A DNA stretch of 64,000 nucleotides, from the NCBI GenBank assembly GCA_044359955.1, contig JBIKLF010000006.1, forward strand, positions 2,494 to 66,493, given 5' to 3'. Positions 17,605 through 27,264 of this stretch are shown piece by piece; positions within the stretch are counted from its first letter, which is position 1, and every line of letters begins with the position of its first letter. The notes beneath the pieces were generated by a model that saw only the letters and a program-made list of their open reading frames with translations, made no database searches and had not been told where the DNA came from. The translations under genes were made by a program, and so were the position numbers. Source of the stretch: Chthoniobacterales bacterium. Its GTDB lineage: Bacteria; Verrucomicrobiota; Verrucomicrobiia; Chthoniobacterales; JACTMZ01.

Positions 17605-19323
17605 ATGGGCATCGAGACCAAACTCCAGGGCTTTCTCCACGCTTTCGAGCAGGGCCGGCCCGCCGTCTGGATCCGGCGTCTGCTCGTTGTCGCCATCCTC
17701 GCCTCGCTCGCCATGATGTGGTTCGTTTTCAAGTTCAACGGCTTCGCCGTGCCGGAGGCCATGGACCAGGCGCAAATCGGACGCCAATTGGCCGCCGGCC
17801 AGGGTTTCACCACGCTCTACGCTCGGCCCCTGGCCATGCATCTCTCGCTGGCCCGCACCGGACGCCTCGAAGTGCCGCTGCTCGAAACCAGCCAGGCACC
17901 CCTCGGCCCCATCCTCAATGCCCTCGTGCTGCACACCACCGGAACAAACACCGACCTGGGCCCGGGCCAAACCGTTTCTCCGGCCGAGCGCGCCATCACC
18001 AGCGTATCCTTCCTCTTCTTCGCCGCATCGTTGTTTCTCTCATACCTTCTCGCACGCCGTCTCTTCGATCCCAGCCTCGCCCTCCTCGGCGTGGGCTTGA
18101 TCCTCATCACCGACCTCATGTGGCGCTTCTCGTTTTCCGGACTGCCGCAAATGGCCATGCTTTTCTTTTTCACCGGCGCCCTGCTCGCGCTGGCCGCGGC
18201 CCTGGATGCCGGACAGGCGCGCCGTCGTGCCAAATCCATCCTTCTCGCCTTGCTCGCCGCATTCCTCCTCGGCCTCGTCACCCTCGGCAACGGCATCGGG
18301 CTCTGGATTTTTGCCGGATTCTGGATTTTTGCCGTGGCTGTGATCCGCCCCCGTTGGCTCGTTGCCCTCACCGCTCCGGCGATCTTCGTCGCGCCTCTCT
18401 TGCCGTGGGCCTGGCACAACTGGCGGGCCCTGCGCAACCCCTTCGGCCTGCCGTTCTACGAACTCTACCGCCAGCCAGGCGGTGATCCGCTCGCCCTCCT
18501 CGCCGACCTCGAACCGGTCCTGCACTTCAATATCGGCCACATCCTGACCAATACCGGCGCCCAAGCCATGGAGCAGATCTCGCGACTTTTCACCTACCTC
18601 GGCGGCAGTGTGGTCGCCGCGGCATTTTTCTTTGCCGTCGTCCTCCACGTCTTCCGCCGCTGGCAACCCGCGCAATTCCGCTGGGCCGTCCTCCTCATGT
18701 GGCTCGGCGCGGCGACCGGCATGTCCGTCTTCGGCACCGGCGCCGCCGTCTCGGTGAACCAACTTCACATCCTGTTCCTGCCCGTCATGATTTTTTACGG
18801 TCTGGCCTTTCTCCTCGTCCTCTACAGCCGCCTTGGGTTCGAGCAACCCCTGCTGCGCGGCGCTTTCATCACGGCCCTCTACCTCACGGCCGCCGTTCCG
18901 ATGCTCAGCACCGCCCTCACGCGATCTCCGCAGGTCAACTGGCCACCTTATCTTCCGCCCCTCATCACACGCTTCAGCCAGTGGGTGCAACCGGACGAAG
19001 CCATTGCGGCCGACATTCCCTGGGCCACCGCATGGTATGCCGGACGCACCTCCCTGCTCCTGCCCGAAAGCATCGGCCAATTCGAAAGCATCCACAGCGA
19101 AGACCTCCTGCGCGCTCCTCTGGTCGGCATCTACCTCACGCCCTTCAGCGGCGACCAAGCCGCCTACGCCGGCATCGTCAACGGTCGCTACCGCGAATGG
19201 GCCCGCTTAGTCCTGCGCGAAGTCAAACAGGAGGAACTCTCCGGCTGGATGCTCCGCTCCGCGATCAACCTCCCCATCGACGCCCAATCCATCTTCTTCG
19301 CCGACCGCCCCCGCTGGCGCTGA
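17605..19323 (+). CDS. polytopic membrane protein, GT-C (ArnT/PMT_2)-like, paralog 1
   Basis: 572 aa, starting 7 bp after the regulator stop. The first-loop motif AMDQAQIGRQLAAGQGFTTLY sits where GT-C enzymes carry the acidic loop-1 motif. Shares many blocks with 19387..21111. Confidence 0.7.
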   Translation: MGIETKLQGFLHAFEQGRPAVWIRRLLVVAILASLAMMWFVFKFNGFAVPEAMDQAQIGRQLAAGQGFTTLYARPLAMHLSLARTGRLEVPLLETSQAPLGPILNALVLHTTGTNTDLGPGQTVSPAERAITSVSFLFFAASLFLSYLLARRLFDPSLALLGVGLILITDLMWRFSFSGLPQMAMLFFFTGALLALAAALDAGQARRRAKSILLALLAAFLLGLVTLGNGIGLWIFAGFWIFAVAVIRPRWLVALTAPAIFVAPLLPWAWHNWRALRNPFGLPFYELYRQPGGDPLALLADLEPVLHFNIGHILTNTGAQAMEQISRLFTYLGGSVVAAAFFFAVVLHVFRRWQPAQFRWAVLLMWLGAATGMSVFGTGAAVSVNQLHILFLPVMIFYGLAFLLVLYSRLGFEQPLLRGAFITALYLTAAVPMLSTALTRSPQVNWPPYLPPLITRFSQWVQPDEAIAADIPWATAWYAGRTSLLLPESIGQFESIHSEDLLRAPLVGIYLTPFSGDQAAYAGIVNGRYREWARLVLREVKQEELSGWMLRSAINLPIDAQSIFFADRPRWR

Positions 19324-19386
19324 CCCGCTTCTTCATCGACGCCCCGCCCGCCCGCCGCTAAACTGCCCTTTACCCCGCCGCCGCGC

Positions 19387-21111
19387 ATGATCCCAGCCGC
19401 AGAAAGAAAAGTTCAGGAATTTGTTCACGATATCGAAATCGGCGGCCTCAAGGCGCTCATCGTTCGTGTCCTCTTCCTCGCCGCCATTGCCGGTCTGGCT
19501 ACCACCTATCTGTTGATCAACTTCCGCGGGCTGAACACCGAGACGGCCATGGACCAAGCTCAGATCGGACGGCAAATTGCCGCCGGGGCCGGCTACACCA
19601 CCCTTTACGTGCGGCCGCTCGCCATGTGGCAGTTTCTCGAGCACCGCGAATCGTTGCCGCCGGGTCTCATGCCCGAGATCTACAACTTCCCGCTGAATCC
19701 CCTGCTCAATGCCGCCCTCCTGCGCCCCGTCAAACGTTGGTGGCCCATGGAACCGACCCAAATGGTCTACACCGGCGACACCGTCATTGCCGCCGCCGGC
19801 ATCATGCTCTTTCTCGCCTCGGTCTTCATCCTCTTCTTCCTCGTGCGCGCTCTCTTTGATGCGCGGATCGCCTGGATGACGTCCGGCCTCGTTGTGCTTA
19901 CCGACCTCCTGTGGCGTTTCTCCCTCTCCGGCCTCCCGCAGATGCTCATGCTCTTTCTCTTCAGTGCGGCCCTCTGGCTCGTGCACCGCGCGATGGCCGC
20001 GCGTGAGGAACAAAGGACCGGGCGCATGCTGCTGCTCCTCTCCCTCGTCGCGATTCTCTTCGGCTTGATGACGCTGGCCCAACCGCTCGCATCCTGGATT
20101 TTCCTCGGCTTTCTCGCCTTTGTGTTTGCGTGGTTCCGTCCGCATGCGGTGAGCGGGTTGCTCGTCCTCTTCCTCTACGCCGCCGTCGTCACACCTTGGC
20201 TGGTTCGCAATTACCTCGTGTGCGGCAATCCATTCGGGCTCGCCCTCTTCAGCATCCTCGACGGCACCGCGGGCTCCGAACTCTCCTTCATGAGCAACCT
20301 CCAGCCCGACCTCACCGCCTTCGGTTCCGTGCGCGGCAAGCTGCGCGGCGGATTGCTCGACCAGTTCCAAAACCTCTTCTCCTACCTCGGCTTCAACGTC
20401 GCTGCCGTGGCCTTCTTCTTCTCGCTGCTCCACGTCTTCAAAGTCAACGTGACCAACATGCTGCGCTGGGGCCTAGTCCTCATGTGGTCCTTCGCCGTGC
20501 TCGGCATGGCGGCCTTCGCCCCGCGCGGCGACGTTTCCCACAACCAACTCCACGTTCTCTTTCTCCCCTTCTTCATCGCCTACGGCGCGGCCTTTCTCAT
20601 CGTGCTCTGGAACCGCATGAACCTCCGCTTCGCCCCGGCCCGCGTCGCCTTCCTCGCCGCCATCTTCCTCCTGTCCGCCCTGCCCATGGGGATCAATCTC
20701 CTCACCTCGCCACCCGGACGCGTCGCTTGGCCCCCCTACATCGCACCCTTCATCCATACGGTGGCTAACTGGATGGACCCGAACGAAGTGCTTTGCTCTG
20801 ATATGCCTTGGGCCACCGCTTGGTATGGCGGACGCCAATCGCTTCTCCTCCCCGCCACAGTCCAGCAATTCATCGCCATCCACGACTACGAATACCTGGG
20901 CGGACCGGTCAATGGACTCTACCTCACCCCGGTCTCGGGCAACCGCCCTTTTATCTCCCAAATCGCCAAGGGCGATTACGGATCATGGGCCACTTTCATC
21001 ATGCGCACCGCCGACCTGTCCCGCTTCCCCCTCCAGTATTTCACGCCGTTGCCCATCGACAACGAATGCGTCTTCTACTCCAATCGCGACCGCTGGAGCA
21101 AACGCCCATAA
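19387..21111 (+). CDS. polytopic membrane protein, GT-C-like, paralog 2
   Basis: 574 aa. Blocks shared with paralog 1: AMDQAQIGRQ, TTLYxRPLAM, DLxWRFSxSGLPQM, NPFGL, NQLHxLFLP, WPPY, PWATAWYxGRxSLLLP and YLTPxSG. Confidence 0.7.
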   Translation: MIPAAERKVQEFVHDIEIGGLKALIVRVLFLAAIAGLATTYLLINFRGLNTETAMDQAQIGRQIAAGAGYTTLYVRPLAMWQFLEHRESLPPGLMPEIYNFPLNPLLNAALLRPVKRWWPMEPTQMVYTGDTVIAAAGIMLFLASVFILFFLVRALFDARIAWMTSGLVVLTDLLWRFSLSGLPQMLMLFLFSAALWLVHRAMAAREEQRTGRMLLLLSLVAILFGLMTLAQPLASWIFLGFLAFVFAWFRPHAVSGLLVLFLYAAVVTPWLVRNYLVCGNPFGLALFSILDGTAGSELSFMSNLQPDLTAFGSVRGKLRGGLLDQFQNLFSYLGFNVAAVAFFFSLLHVFKVNVTNMLRWGLVLMWSFAVLGMAAFAPRGDVSHNQLHVLFLPFFIAYGAAFLIVLWNRMNLRFAPARVAFLAAIFLLSALPMGINLLTSPPGRVAWPPYIAPFIHTVANWMDPNEVLCSDMPWATAWYGGRQSLLLPATVQQFIAIHDYEYLGGPVNGLYLTPVSGNRPFISQIAKGDYGSWATFIMRTADLSRFPLQYFTPLPIDNECVFYSNRDRWSKRP

Positions 21112-21116
21112 CCCGC

Positions 21117-21371
21117 ATGCCCACCCGCAAAAAAGACGAAGCCCCGCAGAATTTCGAGGACGCCATGCAACGCCTCGACGCCATCGTGGCCAAACTCGAG
21201 GAGGACAAACTTCCGCTCGACGAAATGCTCTCCCGCTACGAGGAAGGCGTGGCTCTGGCCCGCTACTGCGGGGAGAAGTTGGAGGCGGCGGAACAAAAAG
21301 TGCGCCTGATTGCCAAAAAGGCGGACGGCACCATGACCCTGGAAGACTTCGATGACGGCGAAGAAACCTAA
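21117..21371 (+). CDS. xseB: exodeoxyribonuclease VII small subunit
   Basis: 84 aa. FEDAMQRLDAIVAKLEEDKLPLDEMLSRYEEGVALARYCGEKLEAAEQKV is the canonical XseB helix pair. The xseB-dxs synteny is conserved. Confidence 0.85.
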   Translation: MPTRKKDEAPQNFEDAMQRLDAIVAKLEEDKLPLDEMLSRYEEGVALARYCGEKLEAAEQKVRLIAKKADGTMTLEDFDDGEET

Positions 21372-21384
21372 ACACTCCTCCCTC

Positions 21385-21410
21385 GGTAGGGACGAGCGGC
21401 CCGCTCGTCC
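21385..21410. repeat. family A single hairpin (GGTAGGGACGAGCGGCCCGCTCGTCC)
   Basis: Perfect GGACGAGCGG/CCGCTCGTCC stem between xseB and dxs. Confidence 0.8.
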
Positions 21411-21464
21411 TTTCCATCCCAACCACACCCCTCTCCTCCTCTAACCCGTCGTCCCCGCAGCCAG

Positions 21465-23375
21465 ATGGCCAAAATCAAAACTTCCATCCTCTCCCGCATC
21501 AACGGCCCCGCCGACGTCCGCGCCGTCCCCGAGAAAAACCTCCCGCTCCTCGCCCAGGAAATCCGCGATGAACTCGTCCGCGCCGTCTCCAAAACCGGCG
21601 GCCATCTCGGACCCAACCTTGGCGTGGTCGAACTGACCGTCGCCCTCCACCGCGCCTTCCATTCCCCCCAAGACAAACTCCTCTTCGACGTCAGCCACCA
21701 AGGCTACGTCCACAAAATGCTCACCGGCCGGCGCGAAGGCCTCGACACCATCCGTCAGCACGGCGGACTCAACGGCTTCCTCCTCCGCACCGAGAGCGAA
21801 CACGACTGCTACGGCGCCGGCCACGCCGGCACCGCCCTCTCCGCCGGCCTCGGCATGGCCGCCGCCCGCGACCTCCGCGGGTCCGACGAACACGTCGTCG
21901 TCGTAGCCGGCGATGCCGCCTTCACCTGCGGCGTCAGCTTCGAAGCCCTCAACAACGTGGCCGAGACAACCAAGCGCTTCATCGTCGTCCTCAATGACAA
22001 CGAATGGTCCATCTCGAAAAACGTCGGCGCCGTGGCCAGCTACCTCAGCAAAATCACAACCAACCCCGCCTACGCCCACCTCCACGAGAAGGCCGCCAAA
22101 TTCATCAAAACCGTCGGCGGACAGACGGCCCTCGATCTCGCCCACAAAGTCGAGACCGGGATGAAGCACATGCTCCTCCCCAGCGTCATCTTCGAGGACC
22201 TCGGCTTCCGCTACTACGGGCCGATCGACGGACACGACACCGCCCTGCTCGAACGCACCTTCGAATTCCTCAAGACGCAGAACGAACCCGTCCTCCTCCA
22301 CATCCTCACGACCAAAGGCAAAGGCTATCCGCCGGCCATGCAGCAGCCGGACAAATTCCACGGCCTCGGCAAATTCTCGCCCGACACCGGCGAAACCGAA
22401 CCCGCCACCAACCCGACCTATTCCCAGCTCCTCGGGACCAAACTCGCCGACTTCGCCGACCACAACAACCGCATCGTCGCCATCACCGCGGCCATGGCCG
22501 GGGGCACCGGCCTCAACTTTTTCGAGAAACGCCACCCCGACCGCTACCACGACGTCGGTATCGCCGAAGAGCACGCCGCCCTCTTCGCCTGCGGCCTCGC
22601 CACCCAAGGCTACAAACCCTTCCTCACCATCTACAGCACCTTCATGCAGCGGGCTTATGACATGATTATCCATGACATCGCCCTGCAGAATCTCAACGTC
22701 GCCCTCTGCATGGACCGCGCCGGCCTGAGCGGCGACGACGGGCCGACCCACCACGGGCTCTTCGACATCGGCTACCTCCGCCACATCCCGAATTTTGTCT
22801 TCATGCAGCCGAAGGACGAAGAGGAGTTCGTCGACATGCTCTGGACCATGGCCCATTACCGCCGCGGTCCCATCGCCATCCGCTACCCCCGCGGCGCGGG
22901 AACCGGGGCGCAGCCCAAGGAGCATCCGCAACTGCTCGAGATCGGCCAGAGTGAAGTCCTCCGCCACGGCCGCCGCGTCCTCCTCCTCGGGCTCGGCAAC
23001 ATGGTCGCGATGGCCGAAGAAACGGCCGACCTCCTGGCCGCCCAAGGCATCGATGCCGCCGTGATCAACGCCCGCTGGATCAAGCCCCTCGACACGCAGA
23101 CCTTGGAATTTTTCGCCCGCGCCGCCGAAGTCGTCTGCACCTTCGAAGACCACGTCCTCCACCACGGTTACGGCGCCTCGGTCATCGAAGCTTTGTCCGA
23201 AGCCCGCATCACCACCCCCGTCGTCCGCATCGGTTGGCCCGACCAATTCATCGGCCACGGCAGAGTCGACATCCTCCGCGCGCAACACGGGGTGACCGCC
23301 GCCGCCGCCGTCACAAAAATCCTCGCCGAGTTGGCGCACGAACCCGCTGCCGCGAAGGCCACGCCGGCCGCCTGA
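21465..23375 (+). CDS. dxs: 1-deoxy-D-xylulose-5-phosphate synthase
   Basis: 636 aa. GGHLGPNLGVVELTVALH, the GDAAFTCG thiamine-PP motif and transketolase-like middle and C-terminal domains. Confidence 0.95.
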   Translation: MAKIKTSILSRINGPADVRAVPEKNLPLLAQEIRDELVRAVSKTGGHLGPNLGVVELTVALHRAFHSPQDKLLFDVSHQGYVHKMLTGRREGLDTIRQHGGLNGFLLRTESEHDCYGAGHAGTALSAGLGMAAARDLRGSDEHVVVVAGDAAFTCGVSFEALNNVAETTKRFIVVLNDNEWSISKNVGAVASYLSKITTNPAYAHLHEKAAKFIKTVGGQTALDLAHKVETGMKHMLLPSVIFEDLGFRYYGPIDGHDTALLERTFEFLKTQNEPVLLHILTTKGKGYPPAMQQPDKFHGLGKFSPDTGETEPATNPTYSQLLGTKLADFADHNNRIVAITAAMAGGTGLNFFEKRHPDRYHDVGIAEEHAALFACGLATQGYKPFLTIYSTFMQRAYDMIIHDIALQNLNVALCMDRAGLSGDDGPTHHGLFDIGYLRHIPNFVFMQPKDEEEFVDMLWTMAHYRRGPIAIRYPRGAGTGAQPKEHPQLLEIGQSEVLRHGRRVLLLGLGNMVAMAEETADLLAAQGIDAAVINARWIKPLDTQTLEFFARAAEVVCTFEDHVLHHGYGASVIEALSEARITTPVVRIGWPDQFIGHGRVDILRAQHGVTAAAAVTKILAELAHEPAAAKATPAA

Positions 23376-23391
23376 AGCGGCGGCCTCTTAA

Positions 23392-23476
23392 GGTAGGGAC
23401 GAGCGGCCCGCTCGTCCGCTCTGGGAGAAAACGGACCCGCGGGCTCTCCGAGCCGGAGGTCCGCGTGTCCCTACCC
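23392..23476. repeat. family A hairpin repeat (double unit)
   Basis: GGTAGGGACGAGCGGCCCGCTCGTCC...GGTCCGCGTGTCCCTACC, starting 16 nt after the dxs stop. Confidence 0.8.
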
Positions 23477-23593
23477 GACGATCGTCGTTCGCTGTGGCCT
23501 GTTTGTTCTTTTTCCTTCCTGCCTGCCTCGTCAGCGCCTAAACCAAAACCGTCGTCCCAAACCAAACCCAAACCCAACAAGAAATAAAGCCTT

Positions 23594-23965
23594 ATGAACT
23601 GGTATCTCGACGCGTGGAAAAATTATGTCACCTTCACCGGCCGCAGCCGACGCAAGGCTTACTGGATGTTTGTCCTCTTCAACATCATTGCCGCGGTCCT
23701 CGCCGGCGTCATCGACAATGTCCTCGGCCTCGCCGGTAAAGACGGCTATGGCCCCATCAGCGGACTCTACAGCCTCGCTGTCTTCATCCCAGGCCTCGCC
23801 CTCGCCATCCGTCGCCTCCACGACACCGGCCGCACCGGCTGGTGGATGCTGCTCGGGCTCATCCCGCTCTTCGGCTGGATCATTCTCCTCATTTTCTTCG
23901 TGACCAACAGCCAACCCGGCAGCAACCAATACGGCCCCAATCCCAAAGAAGCACCGGCCGCCTGA
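23594..23965 (+). CDS. DUF805 family inner-membrane protein
   Basis: 123 aa. GRSRRKAYWMFVLFN, RRLHDTGRTGWW and GxNQYGPNP are hallmark DUF805 blocks. Confidence 0.8.
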   Translation: MNWYLDAWKNYVTFTGRSRRKAYWMFVLFNIIAAVLAGVIDNVLGLAGKDGYGPISGLYSLAVFIPGLALAIRRLHDTGRTGWWMLLGLIPLFGWIILLIFFVTNSQPGSNQYGPNPKEAPAA

Positions 23966-24304
23966 CCGGCCGCCTGAAGCAGGCGGCGGAGTTTTCAGCG
24001 TTCAGTTTTCAGTCGGCCACCACTTGTCGCGGCGGTCTGTGACCGCCGGAACCCTTCACAAACGCAATCTATCCACCGATAAAAGAAGATATCAGAAGAT
24101 TGTTCGTGGCCGTGTGATTGCCTATGGGCCATCTCCGGCCTATCGGCCTCCGGTATCAGTTGGTTGCCGCGGCAACCTATCTCCGGCCTTGCAGCCTCCG
24201 GCTCCGGCTGGAAACAGTTCTCCTGAAATATCTTCAGATGCGAACTTGTATGGGCGCGGGTCCCGCGCCCATACATAATCCAAGCCGTTTATCTTCCCCC
24301 ATCC

Positions 24305-24886
24305 GTGGCCAAAAAAATTTCTTCCGTCTTTCTCACCCTCGTCCTCCCCGGCTGCGCCTGGACCGTGCGCGCGCCCTCCACCGTGGCCGATCCCGTGCCC
24401 GTGTGGATCACCGAATACGGCAAGCACTGCCGCGTGGCCCTGCCCACCGGGGACTCCACCTTCACCGAATACGGTTTCGGCGAATGGCATTACTACGCCC
24501 TCGAAGAACGCGACTGGCTCTCGACCCTCCGCGCCGGCGCCGGCCTCGGCTCCGGCGCCTTCTCCCGCCGCACCTTGCGCCCCGCGGCCGACGGCACCCT
24601 CGGTCCGCGGCAAACCGGCGGCACGCGCTCGGAGCGACTGGAGGTCGAGCGCTCCGCCGCCGATGCCCTCCGCCGCGAACTCGACGACCGTTGGGCACGC
24701 AACCAGGGTGACGTGCGGATCCGCCAAGCGGACGCCGTCCCCGTCAGCCGCGACCCCGCCCGCTACCACCTCTTCGAAAATTCCAACCACGCCACGGCCA
24801 ACTGGCTCCGCCAACTCGGCTGCCAAGTCCGCGGCTTCCCCCTCATGGCCAACTTCCGCGTCGAAGAAAGAGCAGGCCACCAATAA
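24305..24886 (+). CDS. lipoprotein, DUF2459-like (weak call)
   Basis: GTG start. Lipobox LVLPGC. The C-terminal NSNHATANWLRQLGCQV resembles the DUF2459 NxCNTWTARALRAAG block. Confidence 0.55.
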   Translation: MAKKISSVFLTLVLPGCAWTVRAPSTVADPVPVWITEYGKHCRVALPTGDSTFTEYGFGEWHYYALEERDWLSTLRAGAGLGSGAFSRRTLRPAADGTLGPRQTGGTRSERLEVERSAADALRRELDDRWARNQGDVRIRQADAVPVSRDPARYHLFENSNHATANWLRQLGCQVRGFPLMANFRVEERAGHQ

Positions 24887-24898
24887 AAGAGGATGACC

Positions 24899-25165
24899 TT
24901 TTGGAGTGCGGCGGCTTGACGCCGCTTTTCCCTCCCGCTCTCGCAAAAAAAGCCAGGCCACGGATGGAAGAAGATAGCAGAGGATAAGCGGGGCGCGCAG
25001 ACACGCGCCCCGCTCAAAGCTTCAGTCGGGAGACTGTGTTTGCGCCGTGTCAGCGGCGCAAACACCATCTTCTGCCATCTTCTTCCATCCGTGGCTTTCT
25101 TGCCTCTGCCTGCCCAAGCTCGCAGTCGACGCCGACCCCAGTTACTCCCAGCACACACCCGCCGT
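24899..25165. repeat. composite repeat: one REP family B unit (24899..24929) plus family C MITE-like element, copy 2
   Basis: TTTTGGAGTGCGGCGGCTTGACGCCGCTTTT is followed by the TIRs GGCCACGGATGGAAGAAGATA (24955..) and CATCTTCTTCCATCCGTGGC (25074..25093), then the same tail as copy 1. Confidence 0.8.
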
Positions 25166-25234
25166 CGCTGTCGTTGTCGGAAAATCCTCCTTTCCCTTCG
25201 TTTCCTTCGTTATCTTCTGTCCAAAAATTCCGTC

Positions 25235-26077
25235 ATGATCACCCTCGAACAGCAACTCATCGAACGCCTCGCCGCCCAAGGCGCGGCGGCGTGGCGGATC
25301 CAGCTCGCCCGCTGGATCGAATCCCCGCGCGTGGTCGGGTTCATCATCGCGGTCATCCTCGTCAACGCGGTCATCCTCGGACTGGAGACCAACCAAGACC
25401 TTATGGCCCGCTCGGGCACCTTGCTTGTCGCCATCGACAAAGCCTGCCTCGCCGTCTTCCTCGTCGAAATCATCTGCAAACTCCTTGCCTTCCGCGGACT
25501 CTTCTGGCGGAGCGGCTGGAATATTTTCGACTTCATCGTGGTCGCCGTCGCCCGCGTGCCCGGGGCCGGACCGTGGGCCGTCATCCGTTCGCTGCGCGTC
25601 CTGCGGGTCCTGCGACTCCTCACCATGATCCCCAGCCTGCGCAAAGTGGTCGCCGCCTTCCTCCACGCCATCCCCGGGCTCGGCGGCGTGCTCGCCGTCA
25701 TGGCCATCTTCTTCTACACCGCCGCGGTGCTGGCCACGAATCTCTTCGGCGCCGCCTTCCCCGCTTGGTTCGGCACGATCGGGGCCAGCCTCTTCTCCCT
25801 CTTCCAGATTATGACATTGGAGAGCTGGTCCATGGGTATCGTCCGCCCGGTCATGGAGCAATTCCCCTACGCCTAGGCCTTCTTCGTCCCGTTCATCATT
25901 CTCGCCACCTTCACCATCTTGAACCTCTTCATCGGCATCATCGTCTCGACCATGCAGGAGTTGAGCAACCAACCCGAACCCGGCATCCCGAAGAAAGACC
26001 TCGCTGAGGCCCTCGCCCGCATCGAAGGCGATATCCAGGGGCTCCGCCGGCAGATCGAAAATGAGCCTCGCGCCTGA
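25235..26077 (+). pseudogene. bacterial voltage-gated sodium channel (NavAb/NaChBac family) interrupted by an in-frame TAG at 25874..25876
   Basis: S4 motif RSLRVLRVLRLL. Selectivity filter [18 protein letters not shown]. The reading frame stays open and conserved after the stop (AFFVPFIILATFTILNLFIGIIV, then a coiled-coil tail) until TGA 26075..26077. Confidence 0.8.
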
Positions 26078-26351
26078 CGGCGCGAGGAGTTTTCAGCGTT
26101 CAGTGATTCCGTGTTCAGACCCGTCGCGGGGACGCTTTTCCCTCCGGCTCTCGCAAAAAAAGCCAAGCGTCTTTCAGAAAAGTAGAAGCGGCGGGGACGC
26201 CGCTTCTACTTCATGCCTTCCACGGCATCATCACAGCCGTGGCCAAAAATCCCCCGCCCCATCCACTCTAACTCACACTCAAGTCTCCGCCCTAGCCGTT
26301 CCCCTCCTCTTTAACCTTTCGATCCCAGCGAAAAATCGCTAAAATAAATGC

Positions 26352-26624
26352 ATGAAAATCGCCCCACTGGAGCGCCTTTTCTGGTGGACGGACCGCACCT
26401 CACTCCCGCCGGAGCGCATCGCCGCCCAAGCCATGGTGCTGGGCACTTGGGATGACATCCAGGAAACCCGGCGGCGCTACGGGAAAGACATTTTCGCCAA
26501 AGTTCTCTCCGCTCCCCCGCGCGGGCTCTTCGACCCGAAATCCTGGTCGTTCTGGCACAAGAAGACCGGACGCGTTCCCGTGCCACCCCTGCCGGAGCAA
26601 CCCGCGCCATGGCCCCGCCGCTGA
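26352..26624 (+). CDS. small protein, probable cognate partner (antitoxin-like) of the AbiEii nucleotidyltransferase
   Basis: 90 aa, overlapping the downstream gene by 16 nt. The LERLFWWTD...YGKDIF...FW pattern resembles the small proteins I recall upstream of DUF1814 genes. Confidence 0.55.
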   Translation: MKIAPLERLFWWTDRTSLPPERIAAQAMVLGTWDDIQETRRRYGKDIFAKVLSAPPRGLFDPKSWSFWHKKTGRVPVPPLPEQPAPWPRR

Positions 26625-27259
26625 ATTGGCATCTGGACATCCTCCCCGCCGACCAACGCGGTCTGTGGGTGTACAAGTTGCAGGCCGGCTTTCCCGGTTG
26701 GGTGCTTTATGGCGGCACCGCTCTGGCCTTGCGGCTCGGACACCGCACGTCGGTCGATTTCGATTTCTTTTCCGCCACTCCCCTCATGCCCTTGGACTTT
26801 CGCGAGGAGCACGCGCTGGACGGCGACATTCTCCAAGCCGAGGCCAACACCCTCAGCGTCCTGCACCGCGGCGTGAAACTCTCCTTTTTCGGCGGCCTCT
26901 CGCTCGGCGTGCTGCACGCACCCGATTTGCTCGGACACTGCCCCGTGGCATCGTTGGACGATCTGGGTGCCGGCAAGTTGGCCGCCTTGGTCAACCGGGT
27001 GGAACTCAAAGACTACCTCGACGTAGCCGCCCTGCTGCGTCACGGGAGCGACCTGGCTCATCTGCTGGCCGGCGCCAACGCCGTTTACCGCGGAGAGTTC
27101 CCCATCGCCGCCTGCCTCAAGAGCCTCACTTGGTTCGACGATCCGGCGCTCGCGGAATTGTCAGCGAAAGACCGCCACCTCCTCGAGCAAGCATCGCTCG
27201 CCGTCGATCAAGTCCCCACCGTCACCGCCTCCGGCCGCAAAATCGGACAACCCTGGTAA
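26609..27259 (+). CDS. nucleotidyltransferase AbiEii/AbiGii toxin family (DUF1814)
   Basis: 216 aa. LYGGTALALRLGHRTSVDFDFF (GGTAL...S.D.D nucleotidyltransferase motif). KLAALVNRVELKDYLD block. Confidence 0.8.
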   Translation: MAPPLNWHLDILPADQRGLWVYKLQAGFPGWVLYGGTALALRLGHRTSVDFDFFSATPLMPLDFREEHALDGDILQAEANTLSVLHRGVKLSFFGGLSLGVLHAPDLLGHCPVASLDDLGAGKLAALVNRVELKDYLDVAALLRHGSDLAHLLAGANAVYRGEFPIAACLKSLTWFDDPALAELSAKDRHLLEQASLAVDQVPTVTASGRKIGQPW

Positions 27260-27264
27260 ACGGG

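Noticed and set aside
18040-20433. 372-aa and 366-aa minus-strand ORFs
   Set aside because: They are antisense to the tandem GT-C-like paralogs. The hydrophobic sense frames with conserved paralogous blocks are far more credible.
21441-23339. 632-aa minus-strand ORF
   Set aside because: It is exactly antisense to dxs, whose identity is unambiguous. Its composition is Gly/Ala/Asp/Val-rich and low in complexity.
24247-24275. Perfect palindrome TGTATGGGCGCGGG-T-CCCGCGCCCATACA upstream of the lipoprotein gene as an operator
   Set aside because: It is GC-rich with almost no loop, and it lies within a mosaic of repeat fragments between two same-strand genes. It is more likely a REP or terminator hairpin, and no evidence ties it to regulation.
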